DNA of 64,000 bases from Candidatus Latescibacterota bacterium (GCA_965219995.1 CBDCOX010000002.1:2240001-2304000), one strand, 5' to 3'. Counted from the first letter of the stretch, positions 45,615 to 55,320 are shown. Notes: generated from the letters alone by a model not told the origin. Program-made: numbers and translations.

Positions 45615-45631
45615 TTGGCACGGTGGTTGCT
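45615..45631 (+). promoter_or_regulatory. Sigma54 promoter
   Basis: TTGGCACGGTGGTTGCT is near-perfect consensus; an AT-rich IHF-like tract lies just upstream. Confidence 0.75.
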
Positions 45632-45817
45632 TTTCCATTCTGCGGAAGGGACGATCACTCAGCAACGACAACCCACTTTCCAAATGCGAAATCGCTCAAC
45701 CGATTGAATTCTGAAATCGACGGATCTTCGGGAAAGTCGCTTAAGACAAAGGCGCGTACGTGTCTCACGTGCGGACTGTCGCCGGGAGGATGCAAACCCT
45801 ACAGATTGGAGGACACC

Positions 45818-46483
45818 ATGCGTATTCTGTTCATATCCCTTTCGCTGGCGATTGCCACAATTCAATCCGTACAGGCACAGCCGGCAGACGTCGCAAGTCA
45901 TGTTGCGGCGCTCAAAGGCGAGACGTTCTGGATCAGGATTGCTTTTGTGGAGGTGAATGACGGGATTCGGGGCATCGATGCCGCAAACGTTCTGGAGAAT
46001 GGAGAGGTTTCATACCGCGCGACATTGGGCGGGTTTCGGCAGTCCCAATCCCAGTCGGCAGAGGATTTCGCCGAAGAAGCCCGGAATATCATTACGAGGG
46101 ATGACCTTGCCGGGTGGAGCGTGCGGGTGATCCAGAGGGGCGCGAAGGTCAGAATCCGAAAAGCGGAGGCGAAGGAGAAAGAGGTCTATATTGAACTGGA
46201 TAAACTGTCAGGCGCCCGCCATGCCGTCCGCCTCAAAGTCAATAGAGACAATTACACAATTGCAGAAGTCGAGCGTCTCTTCGGTGTCGCCTTTGCAGCA
46301 AGCGAAGCGGAATTGGCGGGTCCGGATGAAACCGTTCTGCTTACACTGAACATGTCCATTGAAGAAGTGATCGCACGGAAGGGGAATCCCGGGACGCGCG
46401 TTGAGCTCGGCGACAAGACCGTTCTCGCTTATGACGACGTAAAACTGATATTCGGAGACGGAAAGCTGGTGGATGCGGAGTAG
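45818..46483 (+). CDS. Hypothetical secreted protein
   Basis: SD GGAGG, signal peptide; C-terminal SmpA/BamE-like pattern MSIEEVI...G.P. Confidence 0.75.
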   Translation: MRILFISLSLAIATIQSVQAQPADVASHVAALKGETFWIRIAFVEVNDGIRGIDAANVLENGEVSYRATLGGFRQSQSQSAEDFAEEARNIITRDDLAGWSVRVIQRGAKVRIRKAEAKEKEVYIELDKLSGARHAVRLKVNRDNYTIAEVERLFGVAFAASEAELAGPDETVLLTLNMSIEEVIARKGNPGTRVELGDKTVLAYDDVKLIFGDGKLVDAE

Positions 46484-46511
46484 GGTCGACCGGCCGGTCG
46501 CCTCCACAGGT
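46480..46511 (+). repeat. GTAG-type REP element overlapping a stop codon
   Basis: gtagggtcgaccggccggtcgcctccacaggt; near copy at 55211-55242. Confidence 0.6.
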
Positions 46512-46677
46512 GCCTGTCCGCGGTCACGCCGTCAATCCGGCATCAATCAGACCACGATTCTGGCGACAATCACGAAGTCCGGAAGGCTCCCGAGCACGAT
46601 GCCGCGATTGCGGTGCACGCCGGAGGCTGGCTCCAGGACACCGCCAAGTCGGGGATGTCCGGGAGGCGGTTGGATTT

Positions 46678-46714
46678 GTTGCGATCCTTGTTCTGATGGA
46701 AAAATCTCACCTGG
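46678..46714 (-). CRISPR. Solitary CRISPR-like repeat R1 (ATTGAAAC family)
   Basis: + strand GTTGCGATCCTTGTTCTGATGGAAAAATCTCACCTGG; 31/37 to the window consensus GTTTCAATCCTTGTTCTGATGGAAGATTCTCGCCGGG. Confidence 0.75.
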
Positions 46715-46872
46715 ATTGGCAGGTATCCTGGCCAGCCCTGACCCTTTCGAACCACTTCATTGCGACCAATTGAAATCTCCAATTGGTAAGTTGAGATCCA
46801 TAGCGCAAAGCCCTGCCGAATTGCGACAGGGCTGAGAAATATCCAGATTTAAAACTGACTGTGGGCGACAAG

Positions 46873-47106
46873 CTAAAAGAGATTCATAAATTCGTCCCGT
46901 GGTATATTTGCCTGTCGAAGTATCTTGCTCAAATTGCCAGCAGCCAATTCGGAATGGTCCGGAACAACTGCAATATCGTCCTCGCTATCAGGTAATGAAC
47001 GTCGATAAATCAGGTGCCCGCTATTTTCTCGTACAAAACGAAACCCGAGTTTCGATATCATCTTACCAGACTGTTGTCCAGAAATGTCTCGAGGTAGTTT
47101 AGGCAA
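46873..47106 (-). CDS. hicA: HicA toxin
   Basis: KLGF..VR..GH....VVPDH.EL..G.L..ILRQA. Confidence 0.88.
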   Translation of the reverse strand: MPKLPRDISGQQSGKMISKLGFRFVRENSGHLIYRRSLPDSEDDIAVVPDHSELAAGNLSKILRQANIPRDEFMNLF

Positions 47107-47284
47107 CCTGAAATACCGGATCTTTTTCTTCCAAATACAGAATCGTGGCGCTCTTAAGATTGATCAACGCCTCCGATTGTGTCTTCCCCTGGCTTACCGT
47201 CCCCAATTCGGGACAATAAGCGACAAACCATTTATCCTCCTGGGTTATCTCCGCCGTGAGCCGCCCGCAATTGATGTTTGACAT
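47099..47284 (-). CDS. hicB: HicB antitoxin (short form)
   Basis: FVAYCPEL..SQGKT..EAL.NL..A..LYLE; ATG 47284 after AAGGAG. Confidence 0.88.
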   Translation of the reverse strand: MSNINCGRLTAEITQEDKWFVAYCPELGTVSQGKTQSEALINLKSATILYLEEKDPVFQVA

Positions 47285-47632
47285 AGGTAGCTCCTTTTTT
47301 ATTGTCTGATCCGGGGGATGCGCTCGTTCCAAAGCCAAACTGCTTCCTCATCAATAAATATCCGCGGATATGCTTACGTCCTTGGAAAAGCGCCACGAAT
47401 CAGGTGTGATCGGGGGAGCATTACTCGGTTGTTTTACAATATATAGTATCCATGTCCGATAGACAATATAGAACATGCTTCTACGCAATACCCGTATTCT
47501 TCAAGAATCGGTTTCATCTGTACCCCCGATAACGACTCTTAAACAACGGCGGATAATTCCACGACTCACGCTTCTTTCTCCGCCCGGGCACGCCATATTT
47601 TTCTACGACACCGGCTTCAGCCGCGGCCTACA

Positions 47633-48184
47633 CTATTCATCTTCCCGGATCCTGGCCAGCGCCTCCCGCGCAGCATCCGCCATGAAACCCGGAGAATCCT
47701 CGAAATTCTCGCGAATCCATTCGAGATACCTTACCGCGCGCTTCTCCTGGAACTCACCGAGTTGCCGGATGATCGTCTCCCCGAGACCCGTGCCGATAGG
47801 ATATCGATCCCTGACCATGTGCTCGAGAATGCTCGCAAGAAGGCTCAGCAGGTGTTGGCGAATCTCCTCCGAATCCGGTGAGGGTTTCCAGACGTAGCGC
47901 GGGTTTTCCCGACTTACCAACACGTCGGGTTGACCGGCCTCAACGCGCCGTTCCTGTTCCCATCCGCCGTGGCGCATCACCGGTCCGATGGGGATGGGGT
48001 CGCGATCGGGCCGGCGATGCGGATGGTTTGCGCAATAGGTGTAGAAGGGGTTCTCTATCGCGACGTCCCTGATCTCGCAATAGGGCGGTATGCTTCTGTC
48101 CGCGTGTTCCAACCAGTCACGTTCACCCCGGTTTGTTCTATTGAACCAACAGGTTCCGCAACAGTCGGATCCTCCATTCGGCAT
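47633..48184 (-). CDS. Hypothetical Cys-rich protein with a C-terminal HEAT-like hairpin
   Basis: DCCGTCWFN..YCEIR..YCANH; IRQLGE...RAV..L..AAREALARI. Confidence 0.7.
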   Translation of the reverse strand: MPNGGSDCCGTCWFNRTNRGERDWLEHADRSIPPYCEIRDVAIENPFYTYCANHPHRRPDRDPIPIGPVMRHGGWEQERRVEAGQPDVLVSRENPRYVWKPSPDSEEIRQHLLSLLASILEHMVRDRYPIGTGLGETIIRQLGEFQEKRAVRYLEWIRENFEDSPGFMADAAREALARIREDE

Positions 48185-48252
48185 CGCTCAACCTTCCTTC
48201 CGGTTGTACTTCTGCACTCCTCCCGCGACCGGTCCCGAGGAAACGACGGCGT

Positions 48253-48402
48253 CGGCGATCCGGAAAGGGCTTGCGCCTGCGTCGAGGTACCGCACGAGGA
48301 ATACACCAGGGATAGCAATAGGCCGGCCCTTCTGCTTGCGCTCAAGGAGGTTGCGACCGCAAGAGGCGGACCGGCAAAATCGGCGCGGCGGGCGAATCAG
48401 AT
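48253..48402 (+). pseudogene. Decayed copy of the addiction-module antidote gene
   Basis: DPERA..ALLLALKEVATARGG matches 54903-55214 (PDRAR..ALLFALKDVATAKGG); no start codon or HTH. Confidence 0.65.
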
Positions 48403-48408
48403 TTCCCT

Positions 48409-49539
48409 TCATTCAAAGAACTGAAGTTCTCCATCCCTGACGACCATTATGATCTGGTCATACAGCGCATCTCCGTCAGGATCGAAAGAGAACGCGCCGG
48501 ACTTGCCCAGAATTGTGGGAAAATCCGTCTTTGCGAGTGCGTCCCGAATGGCGGTCGGATGTGTCGATCGTGCTGCCTTGATTGCATTGGCGAGCACATA
48601 TAGGGTTGCATACGACTGTGCCGCCCACGGTTCAGGTTCAAACCCGAATTTCGCCCGATAGTTCCGAACGAAGGATTGGTTTCCGGGGGCGTGAGAACTG
48701 CTCGACCATCCGATAAAACCTATTGTTCCCTCGGCGCCACCACCCGCCTTTTCGACTTCATCCATGGTTAAATCCGGAGCGATAATCTGAATCGTGTCGG
48801 GGAAACCGACCTCGGGTGTTTGGGCGAGAATCCCCGCTATTTCCTGTGAAAGTGCGGAGACGAAAAGTGCGTCCGGCGCCATCGCCATTATGTTGGCCAA
48901 TTGCTGAGAAAAATCGGTATCGCCGGTGTGGAAGGTTTCCTCGATCAGAATCTCGACGCCGTTTGCCTCAAGCACGGTTCGCAGCATTTCATTGCTGCTT
49001 CTGGCGTAGACATCAGTCTCATCATATATCGTTGCCACTTTTTTGTAGCCGAGTTTCTTCTGAGTCTCCGTCACACCACTGGGAACGCTTATGTTCACGG
49101 CGAGACTGGTGCGGAAGACATAATCCCCGATCCCGCTCAATCCTGCAGCGGAGGAGACCGAACTGAATGCGATGACTTCATTCTCCTGCGCAATTGGAGC
49201 AGCCTCCTTCAGATGCGTCGAGATAGCAAGCCCGACGATGGCGGAAACGCCCTGGTCTGCCAGGCGCCGCACAGCTTCTTTCGCGCCGTCCGCACTGCTC
49301 CGATCATCCACAGTGATAAACGTGAGATTCACAGCGCCGCGGTTGTTGATCTCTTCTCGCGCCAATTCAAACCCCCGTTGCATCGGGAGACCATACGGTT
49401 CGGCATGTTTCCCTGTCAGTGCCACGACAACACCGATCGGGACTTGCCCATTTATCATCCGCGTGTCTTCGCCACAACCGGCGAGACAAAGTGCGAGCAG
49501 GGCAAAGGCGAGGAAGCCTGTTCGTTTGCGTTTTTGAAT
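48409..49539 (-). CDS. Branched-chain amino-acid-type ABC substrate-binding lipoprotein
   Basis: IGVV..LTG...YG, DYVFRT, GDTDFSQQL; in-frame lipoprotein signal (LAGC) upstream of ATG 49458, probably starting at ATT 49539. Confidence 0.85.
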   Translation of the reverse strand: MQKRKRTGFLAFALLALCLAGCGEDTRMINGQVPIGVVVALTGKHAEPYGLPMQRGFELAREEINNRGAVNLTFITVDDRSSADGAKEAVRRLADQGVSAIVGLAISTHLKEAAPIAQENEVIAFSSVSSAAGLSGIGDYVFRTSLAVNISVPSGVTETQKKLGYKKVATIYDETDVYARSSNEMLRTVLEANGVEILIEETFHTGDTDFSQQLANIMAMAPDALFVSALSQEIAGILAQTPEVGFPDTIQIIAPDLTMDEVEKAGGGAEGTIGFIGWSSSSHAPGNQSFVRNYRAKFGFEPEPWAAQSYATLYVLANAIKAARSTHPTAIRDALAKTDFPTILGKSGAFSFDPDGDALYDQIIMVVRDGELQFFE

Positions 49540-49667
49540 GGTCGTTCTCCTTTCGCAAGGCGAAATACATTCGACAAAGCGGTAGTCGATGTCGCCAGTA
49601 AGTGCCGCCAGGCGCCGGTTTCCATCGGGTCAGGCCGGCATTGTCCTCGTGGTCTCAGTATTCCCGA

Positions 49668-50939
49668 CTAATTCTGCCCCGTCATGTCCAAACAGACCAT
49701 TTCCTTCTCATTTCGCGCATAGAGTCTGCCGTTGGCAAGCGCCGGCATCGTCCAACACAATCCGCTCAGCACCTCCGCGCTCGCAATTTCACGATAAGCT
49801 TTGGGTGTCGCCTCGACCAACCCCAACTTGCCGCGGTCACCGAGAATAATCAGATGGTCATCCGCAAGCATGAGCGTGCCCTCACCGAATCCGCGAGTTT
49901 TCCATTTTTCGGCGCCGGTATTTGCATCGATACATTTCAAAATCGTATTGTGAAAGCCGTAAAGGTGATTGCCATGCAAAACCGAAGTGGACAACCGATT
50001 CTGGAATTTTTTATTCCTCCAAACCTCCTCAACCTCCATCCGGTCTTTCTCTCCTCCATTGTTCAGGTCGCCGGATTCACGAGCGTTCATTACGTTGACC
50101 TGTACGACCGCCGCTCCACTTCCGTACCCTGATGAGATGTAAATCCTGTCCGGCGCAATGAAAATGGGAGTGGCGGCGTGAACGTCAAACCGTCCGGTTC
50201 GCCACGGATAGCTCCAGAGCATCTCTCCATCGTCGATAGATAAAGAGAGCAGCCCAAGACCGGCGAAGACAATGAGTTGTCGGACCCCGCCAATTGTAAC
50301 GCTGATCGGCGAAGCATATCCAAGTTTGTCCGTGTGGGAACTCCAGAGGACATCACCATTCGTCTTATCGAAAGCCACAATAAACTTTCCATTGTTGCCG
50401 CCGACCTCAACGAGCAACAGATTGCCTTCCACCAATGGCGAAGAGCTGAACCCCCACTTCGGCATGTAGCTTTTGAAGTCTTTGATCAGATCGTAGGACC
50501 ATACCTTCTTTCCACTCACACTGCTTAGCGCGTAAAACCGACCCTTTGCGGACACCGTAAAGAGGAGCTCCCCGTCGATTGTCGGCGTTGCACGCGGGCC
50601 GTTGCCTCCCTCGTACTCATAATATGTGCTGTCCGATCGAAACCGCCAAATCTCTTTCCCGTTGGAGGCATCGAGACAAATGACAAACTCACCATCTTCT
50701 TCCGAGAACATCGTATAGACACGTCCGCGGGCAACGGAAATACCGGAAAAACCCTCTCCGAGCGGCACTCTCCAAAGGACTCGAGGTCCGCCGTCGGGCC
50801 ACTCTTTCAGAAGTCCCGTCTGCCGGGAGATTCCGTCCCTGTTGGGCCCTCTCCACTGCGGCCAATCCGAAGCGCCTGCGACTGATACGCCGCCATAGAG
50901 CAGCAAACCTGTGATCAGAAACCCTGCAATTCTACTCAT
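49668..50939 (-). CDS. PQQ-like/BamB-type beta-propeller protein
   Basis: DWPQWRGPNRDG, GPRATP, GFSSSP, GYASP, W..P.LANGRLY.RN. Confidence 0.88.
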   Translation of the reverse strand: MSRIAGFLITGLLLYGGVSVAGASDWPQWRGPNRDGISRQTGLLKEWPDGGPRVLWRVPLGEGFSGISVARGRVYTMFSEEDGEFVICLDASNGKEIWRFRSDSTYYEYEGGNGPRATPTIDGELLFTVSAKGRFYALSSVSGKKVWSYDLIKDFKSYMPKWGFSSSPLVEGNLLLVEVGGNNGKFIVAFDKTNGDVLWSSHTDKLGYASPISVTIGGVRQLIVFAGLGLLSLSIDDGEMLWSYPWRTGRFDVHAATPIFIAPDRIYISSGYGSGAAVVQVNVMNARESGDLNNGGEKDRMEVEEVWRNKKFQNRLSTSVLHGNHLYGFHNTILKCIDANTGAEKWKTRGFGEGTLMLADDHLIILGDRGKLGLVEATPKAYREIASAEVLSGLCWTMPALANGRLYARNEKEMVCLDMTGQN

Positions 50940-51033
50940 GAGCAATCCCCCCCGTTTCAACATCCCGGAACGTCGATGTGCGACGTCGCAGCGGACTTCC
51001 GCCTTTGATGATGATTTCAAGGAGTCATTTGAT

Positions 51034-51783
51034 TTACGTCTCATATAGAGTCTCGATTGGCCGATAGTCACTGGAAGCCGGAAGCCGGCGTTCGATCACT
51101 TCTCCATGCTCGACGCGCAGGGAGTACGCTCCCGCCACGGGACTGGCGGCGATGACCCTGTACCCGTCGGATGTAAACGCGACCGCGCAGTCGTTGTCGA
51201 TGGCCACGCCGTTCCCACGCCTTCGTTTCATCATGTCATGGAAGTCCCGCCTTCTTGGGACGCCGGCGGTGTCTCCGTTGTAGTGAGGACACGCCAGACC
51301 TCTCAACAACCCCATCCCGGAGACGGCTATGTAGCGCCAGTCGTCAGGCCTGTAGAACGACATCGAATCGCTGTGGCCCCGCTCGAACCAGCAGATCGCG
51401 CCCGCGCTCACGCCGCACAGCACCGCTCCCCCGGCGTACGCGGACCTGATCAGGTCATCGACCCCCAGCCGACGCCACCGGCGCATCATCTTCAGCGTGT
51501 TGCCGCCCCCGACGTAGATGATGTCCGCTCGCTCGATCTTCCCGGCAATCGCCTCGCGCGAAGGCGCGACACCCAGAAGGTAGAGCACGTCGGTATCACA
51601 GCCGTAGTTCTCACGATACGCCCGGTCGAACCCTTCCCAATACGCCACCGAGTCGCTGCTGGCCGTGGGAATGAACAGCGCGTTCGGACGCGACGCACCG
51701 GACAGCGCGATGATCTCGACGTCTATGGGGCGGGTTGCCAATGTTTCAAGGTCCCCTCCCCCTATCGCAACGATGCTGCCCAT
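51034..51783 (-). CDS. pepE: Peptidase E (S51 family)
   Basis: AIGGG, FIPTAS, YVGGGNT, GVSAGA, CPHY. Confidence 0.88.
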   Translation of the reverse strand: MGSIVAIGGGDLETLATRPIDVEIIALSGASRPNALFIPTASSDSVAYWEGFDRAYRENYGCDTDVLYLLGVAPSREAIAGKIERADIIYVGGGNTLKMMRRWRRLGVDDLIRSAYAGGAVLCGVSAGAICWFERGHSDSMSFYRPDDWRYIAVSGMGLLRGLACPHYNGDTAGVPRRRDFHDMMKRRRGNGVAIDNDCAVAFTSDGYRVIAASPVAGAYSLRVEHGEVIERRLPASSDYRPIETLYET

Positions 51784-51915
51784 GCCGTAAACCTCCACCG
51801 TCCACGACGGACGGATGCCGTCTCTGCCGGTCCGTCCGCTCCTGGTACGCATATACCTGCCCGTACATAATCCGTTTTGCTGACTGGTCACTGACACTGG
51901 CCACCGACCACTGCA

Positions 51916-51952
51916 GTCTCAAACCTTGTTCTGGTGGAAGATTCTCGCCGGG
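51916..51952 (-). CRISPR. Solitary CRISPR-like repeat R2
   Basis: GTCTCAAACCTTGTTCTGGTGGAAGATTCTCGCCGGG; 34/37 to consensus. Confidence 0.8.
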
Positions 51953-52127
51953 CAAGAAGCGGGCCTATTTAAAGGGGATTATCCAGAAAAGTGCCATAGT
52001 AGGTGGAGTTGGGCAGAAATCAATCGCCTACCGATTTGAAGAAAACAGCTTGACAGTGTGAACAAGCGTACATACTTTTTCGGAAAGATATGTAAAAGAC
52101 AACCGATATCTCTCTGGAGAGTGCGAC

Positions 52128-52730
52128 ATGGGCACTGCAGTTATGGATATGATGTCTGCGGCATACAGACCAGTACGGCAATTCATGGATGAACTGTCAC
52201 AGCCCTCTATGGAGGAAGAAATCCGCCAGGATATGGAGGAAGAAATCTACCAGGGCCTGCTGAAAGAAATGCGCCAGGGGCTTGAAGAAACGAACGAGCA
52301 TGTTTTGAAAGTAATAGCTGACTGGCGTGAGTTTTTGCAATTGCTTGAGCAGAACCCGCAAAATTACAAATCCATGTGTCGTGACGGCGATGTAGAGAAA
52401 GCAATCGCTGGCTTGGAGAAAACCGGGAAAAGAACACCCTCGGAAAATTGGACCTCAATCGGAAGATTGCTCAGTAAACTCGACACCGACACGTACGAAA
52501 AATTCAAGGTCGTGGATAAGAACGCAAGGATATGCAGTGCACTCCTTCGAGAGGTAAGTTGGAACCTGTTAATCTTGGATCGGGAACATAAACCAAGCAC
52601 CGGCCCTTCGTATTCCATTGACGAAGCAATTGCAAATCTGCGGAGCCAGTGTTCTGTCCCGGAAATAAGTTGCCAAAATTCAGCCGTCGAGTCGCCCGGC
52701 TCGCAAGGCGCCAGAGCGCAGGCGACCTAG
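52128..52730 (+). CDS. Helical hypothetical protein, probable antitoxin; C-terminus extends into a MITE
   Basis: SD GGAG; upstream of the RelE-like gene; YSIDEAIANL resembles antitoxin C-termini. Confidence 0.6.
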   Translation: MGTAVMDMMSAAYRPVRQFMDELSQPSMEEEIRQDMEEEIYQGLLKEMRQGLEETNEHVLKVIADWREFLQLLEQNPQNYKSMCRDGDVEKAIAGLEKTGKRTPSENWTSIGRLLSKLDTDTYEKFKVVDKNARICSALLREVSWNLLILDREHKPSTGPSYSIDEAIANLRSQCSVPEISCQNSAVESPGSQGARAQAT

Positions 52731-52809
52731 CCAGGTCGCCGAGCGAAGGCAACGCTGCGAGACGGGATGAATCGGCGGAAGAATGGTGAGGTATTTCTGG
52801 GAAAGGACA
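52650..52809. mobile_element. 160-bp MITE-like element
   Basis: Terminal inverted repeats tgttctgtcccggaaata / tatttctgggaaaggaca (15/18), flanked by CCAG and CTAG; internal hairpins. Confidence 0.65.
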
Positions 52810-53109
52810 CTAGACTTGGATGGATCATTCTTCCCGCCCGTAGAGCGCATAGAATATTACGATGATGGTGTGGCGAAAGATGCGAAAAAGTTACCCAAAC
52901 CCGTAGGGGAACGATTTCAAGAATTCCTACGTGACCTTAGAGACGGCCAATTGCCCAAATTAGGGAAGAACATCTCTCAAGTGTCAGGCGTCAAGAAGTA
53001 TCGTTTGAGCGATCAAATTCGCATAGCGTTTACTTTACAGGGAGATACCGTAACGATATTGTCCATTGGAGATCATGACGAAATGGACCAATTCTTAAAA
53101 ACAATCTGA
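52783..53109 (+). CDS. RelE/ParE-like toxin
   Basis: KDAKKLPK..YRLSDQIRIAF..TVTILSIGDHD; the ATG lies inside the MITE. Confidence 0.75.
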   Translation: MVRYFWERTLDLDGSFFPPVERIEYYDDGVAKDAKKLPKPVGERFQEFLRDLRDGQLPKLGKNISQVSGVKKYRLSDQIRIAFTLQGDTVTILSIGDHDEMDQFLKTI

Positions 53110-53160
53110 CGCCTCTGAGTAAGCCTCCAATCGCCTACCGCATTTTAAGCTCAATCTGCC

Positions 53161-53340
53161 TTATTGACAATTTCCGTTTACCGCGACTTTACTCGGTGGA
53201 TCTTTGGAAAACAACGCGCTGGCCACCTCCTCGGGCGCAGCGTCTATACCCATGTCCTTATTCAACTCCTCTTCCGAAGGATGAAAACCGCCACTGCCAA
53301 CTTTTGTGTTCTTCCTCGGCCTTCCTCGCTTGGCAGCCAT
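53161..53340 (-). CDS. Small AT-hook-like protein
   Basis: MAAKRGRPRK..FHPSEEELNKDMGIDAAPEEVASAL. Confidence 0.5.
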   Translation of the reverse strand: MAAKRGRPRKNTKVGSGGFHPSEEELNKDMGIDAAPEEVASALFSKDPPSKVAVNGNCQ

Positions 53341-53546
53341 GCAAACGCCCTTTAATTCATCTGACTTTCTTCCGGTTGATTTCCCGCTTAAAAACCGCTC
53401 TGTTCGCTCCATCAAGCCCTCAGCGCCCTCATCTTCCGCACAGCCTATTCTGTGCAACGCACTGGCCGACGTGGCAAAGGATAACCCAAATCACTACCGC
53501 AATCAACATTCGCACCCTCACCCTCCGCATGCCTGAATAGTCAGTT

Positions 53547-53765
53547 TCAATCCTCTGCACTCTCGTACCCATCCGATCCGATTTGGACGTCGCCTTGTCC
53601 GTCCGAGCATTCGCCGACGTAGCGCAGCAGCGCCGTCTTGCCGGCGCCGGCAGGTCCAACTATCGCGATGATCTCCCCCGATCGCACGAAAAGCGGCAGC
53701 CCGACAAGCGCGAGAGCCCGCGCGCCCTTACGTCGGTACGTGATGTTGTCAAGGAAGAGGTTCAT
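53547..53765 (-). pseudogene. N-terminal fragment of an ABC ATPase
   Basis: GEIIAIVGPAGAGKTALLR Walker A; stops after 72 aa. Confidence 0.55.
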
Positions 53766-54165
53766 TTTTAATCACCCCATCAGGACGGATGAAAATTACG
53801 GCTGTCGCAATAACTGCGACAGAGAACAGCCTTTAGCACTTGGCCGACAGCGGTTAGCAAGAAACGAAGAAACGATCCATTGACATCCGCACATATGAAG
53901 AATTCTCAACGACAAACGTTGTCTTTGCCTGGACCGCAGCGAGCCTCAGGTTGCGCAACGCAATCGGTAAGACATTCGAGATCTGCGGGCTCCAGCGTGA
54001 ATCGCGTAAGATGCTCCGATGTCTTCCCTGCAGAACAAGCGTACGAATTTAGCCACAGCGTTTGACGCCACGACACTAAAGGACGAATGGTTAGAGAACC
54101 AGTTGACAACGCGAATCAAAACTGGTAGTTATATTGCAGGGAATATAACCAAACGGAGGCTTCCG

Positions 54166-54420
54166 GTGAAAACCGCTCTCGTTCAAATCGGAAATTCGCG
54201 CGGCATCCGCATCCCTCGGGCGTTCCTGGAACAGTGTCACCTTCAGGACGTCGTGGAACTCGAACACCACGGCGACCATTTGATTATTCGCCCACCTGCC
54301 CAACCTCGATGCGGATGGGACGACGCCTTTCGCAACATGGGCATACACCAGGACGACAAACTGGTCGATGACCAGTCTCAGCCAGCTACCGAGTGGGACA
54401 CCACGGAGTGGGAATGGTAG
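54166..54420 (+). CDS. mazE: AbrB/MazE antitoxin
   Basis: IGNSRGIRIP; GTG after GGAGG. Confidence 0.88.
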   Translation: MKTALVQIGNSRGIRIPRAFLEQCHLQDVVELEHHGDHLIIRPPAQPRCGWDDAFRNMGIHQDDKLVDDQSQPATEWDTTEWEW

Positions 54421-54737
54421 TTGCACGTTTCGACGTCTACCTGGTGCGGCTCGATCCTACACAAGGGCGCGAGATTCAGAAAACGCGCCCTTGTGTCGTA
54501 TTATCTCCGGATGAGATGAACCGGCACATAGAAACGGTCATCGTTGCACCGATGACTACAAAAGGTCGCACTTATCCCACCCGCGTCCCCTTGCGTTTTC
54601 AGAGAAAAGTCGGACAGATCGTGCTCGATCAGGTACGCACCGTTGACAAATCACGCCTGGTCCGTCGCCTTGGTAAGATCAGCGACAGGGCGGCGCTGGA
54701 GGTCCTTTCTGTGCTGAAGGAGATGTTCGCGTCGTAG
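54414..54737 (+). CDS. mazF: MazF/PemK toxin
   Basis: LDPTQGREIQKTRPCVVLSP..PMTT..DQVRTVDK.RL. Confidence 0.93.
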   Translation: MVVARFDVYLVRLDPTQGREIQKTRPCVVLSPDEMNRHIETVIVAPMTTKGRTYPTRVPLRFQRKVGQIVLDQVRTVDKSRLVRRLGKISDRAALEVLSVLKEMFAS

Positions 54738-54902
54738 TTTTCCGCGTCCGTGGTCTTTAGATACGCAGGTTACCGACACCCACCTGGCGATCCGGTAAGG
54801 ATGTATCGCGACAATTCAGCCGCGTTGGTTTCCGCTGACGGCGCAAGCCCTCGTGCCGGGTGCGCCACCAAGCTCCCGAAGTCTACAGAAGGAGCGTTCC
54901 TG

Positions 54903-55214
54903 ATGAAACCTTCTGTCCCATTTGAGAAACACCATTTCGAATTCCTCAGCCATCCGGACCGGGCTCGCGCCTATCTGGAGGCGGCCCTGGAGGATTACGC
55001 CACGGATCACGACAGGTCGGCCCTTCTGTTTGCGCTCAAGGACGTCGCGACCGCAAAAGGCGGGCTGGGAAAATTGGCGCTGAAGGCAAATCTGAACCGT
55101 GCCCACGTGTATAAGACGCTTTCCGGAGACGGCAATCCTCGCCTGGACACGATGGAGAAAATCCTGAACAGCCTCGGCTTCAGACTATCCGTCGAGCCAC
55201 TGGCAGAGCGGTAG
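54903..55214 (+). CDS. Addiction-module antidote (HI1420-like HTH), no adjacent toxin
   Basis: AYLEAALE..ALKDVA.AKGG...LA....LNR...YKTLS..GNP.L.T. Confidence 0.85.
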   Translation: MKPSVPFEKHHFEFLSHPDRARAYLEAALEDYATDHDRSALLFALKDVATAKGGLGKLALKANLNRAHVYKTLSGDGNPRLDTMEKILNSLGFRLSVEPLAER

Positions 55215-55320
55215 GGGCGACCGGCCGGTTTCCTCTACAGGTACCGCCCGCTGATGAGCCGACGTATCCGGGTAACCGACTGTCCGTAGGCGCTTCACAG
55301 ACGGATGCGGCTTCAGATCA

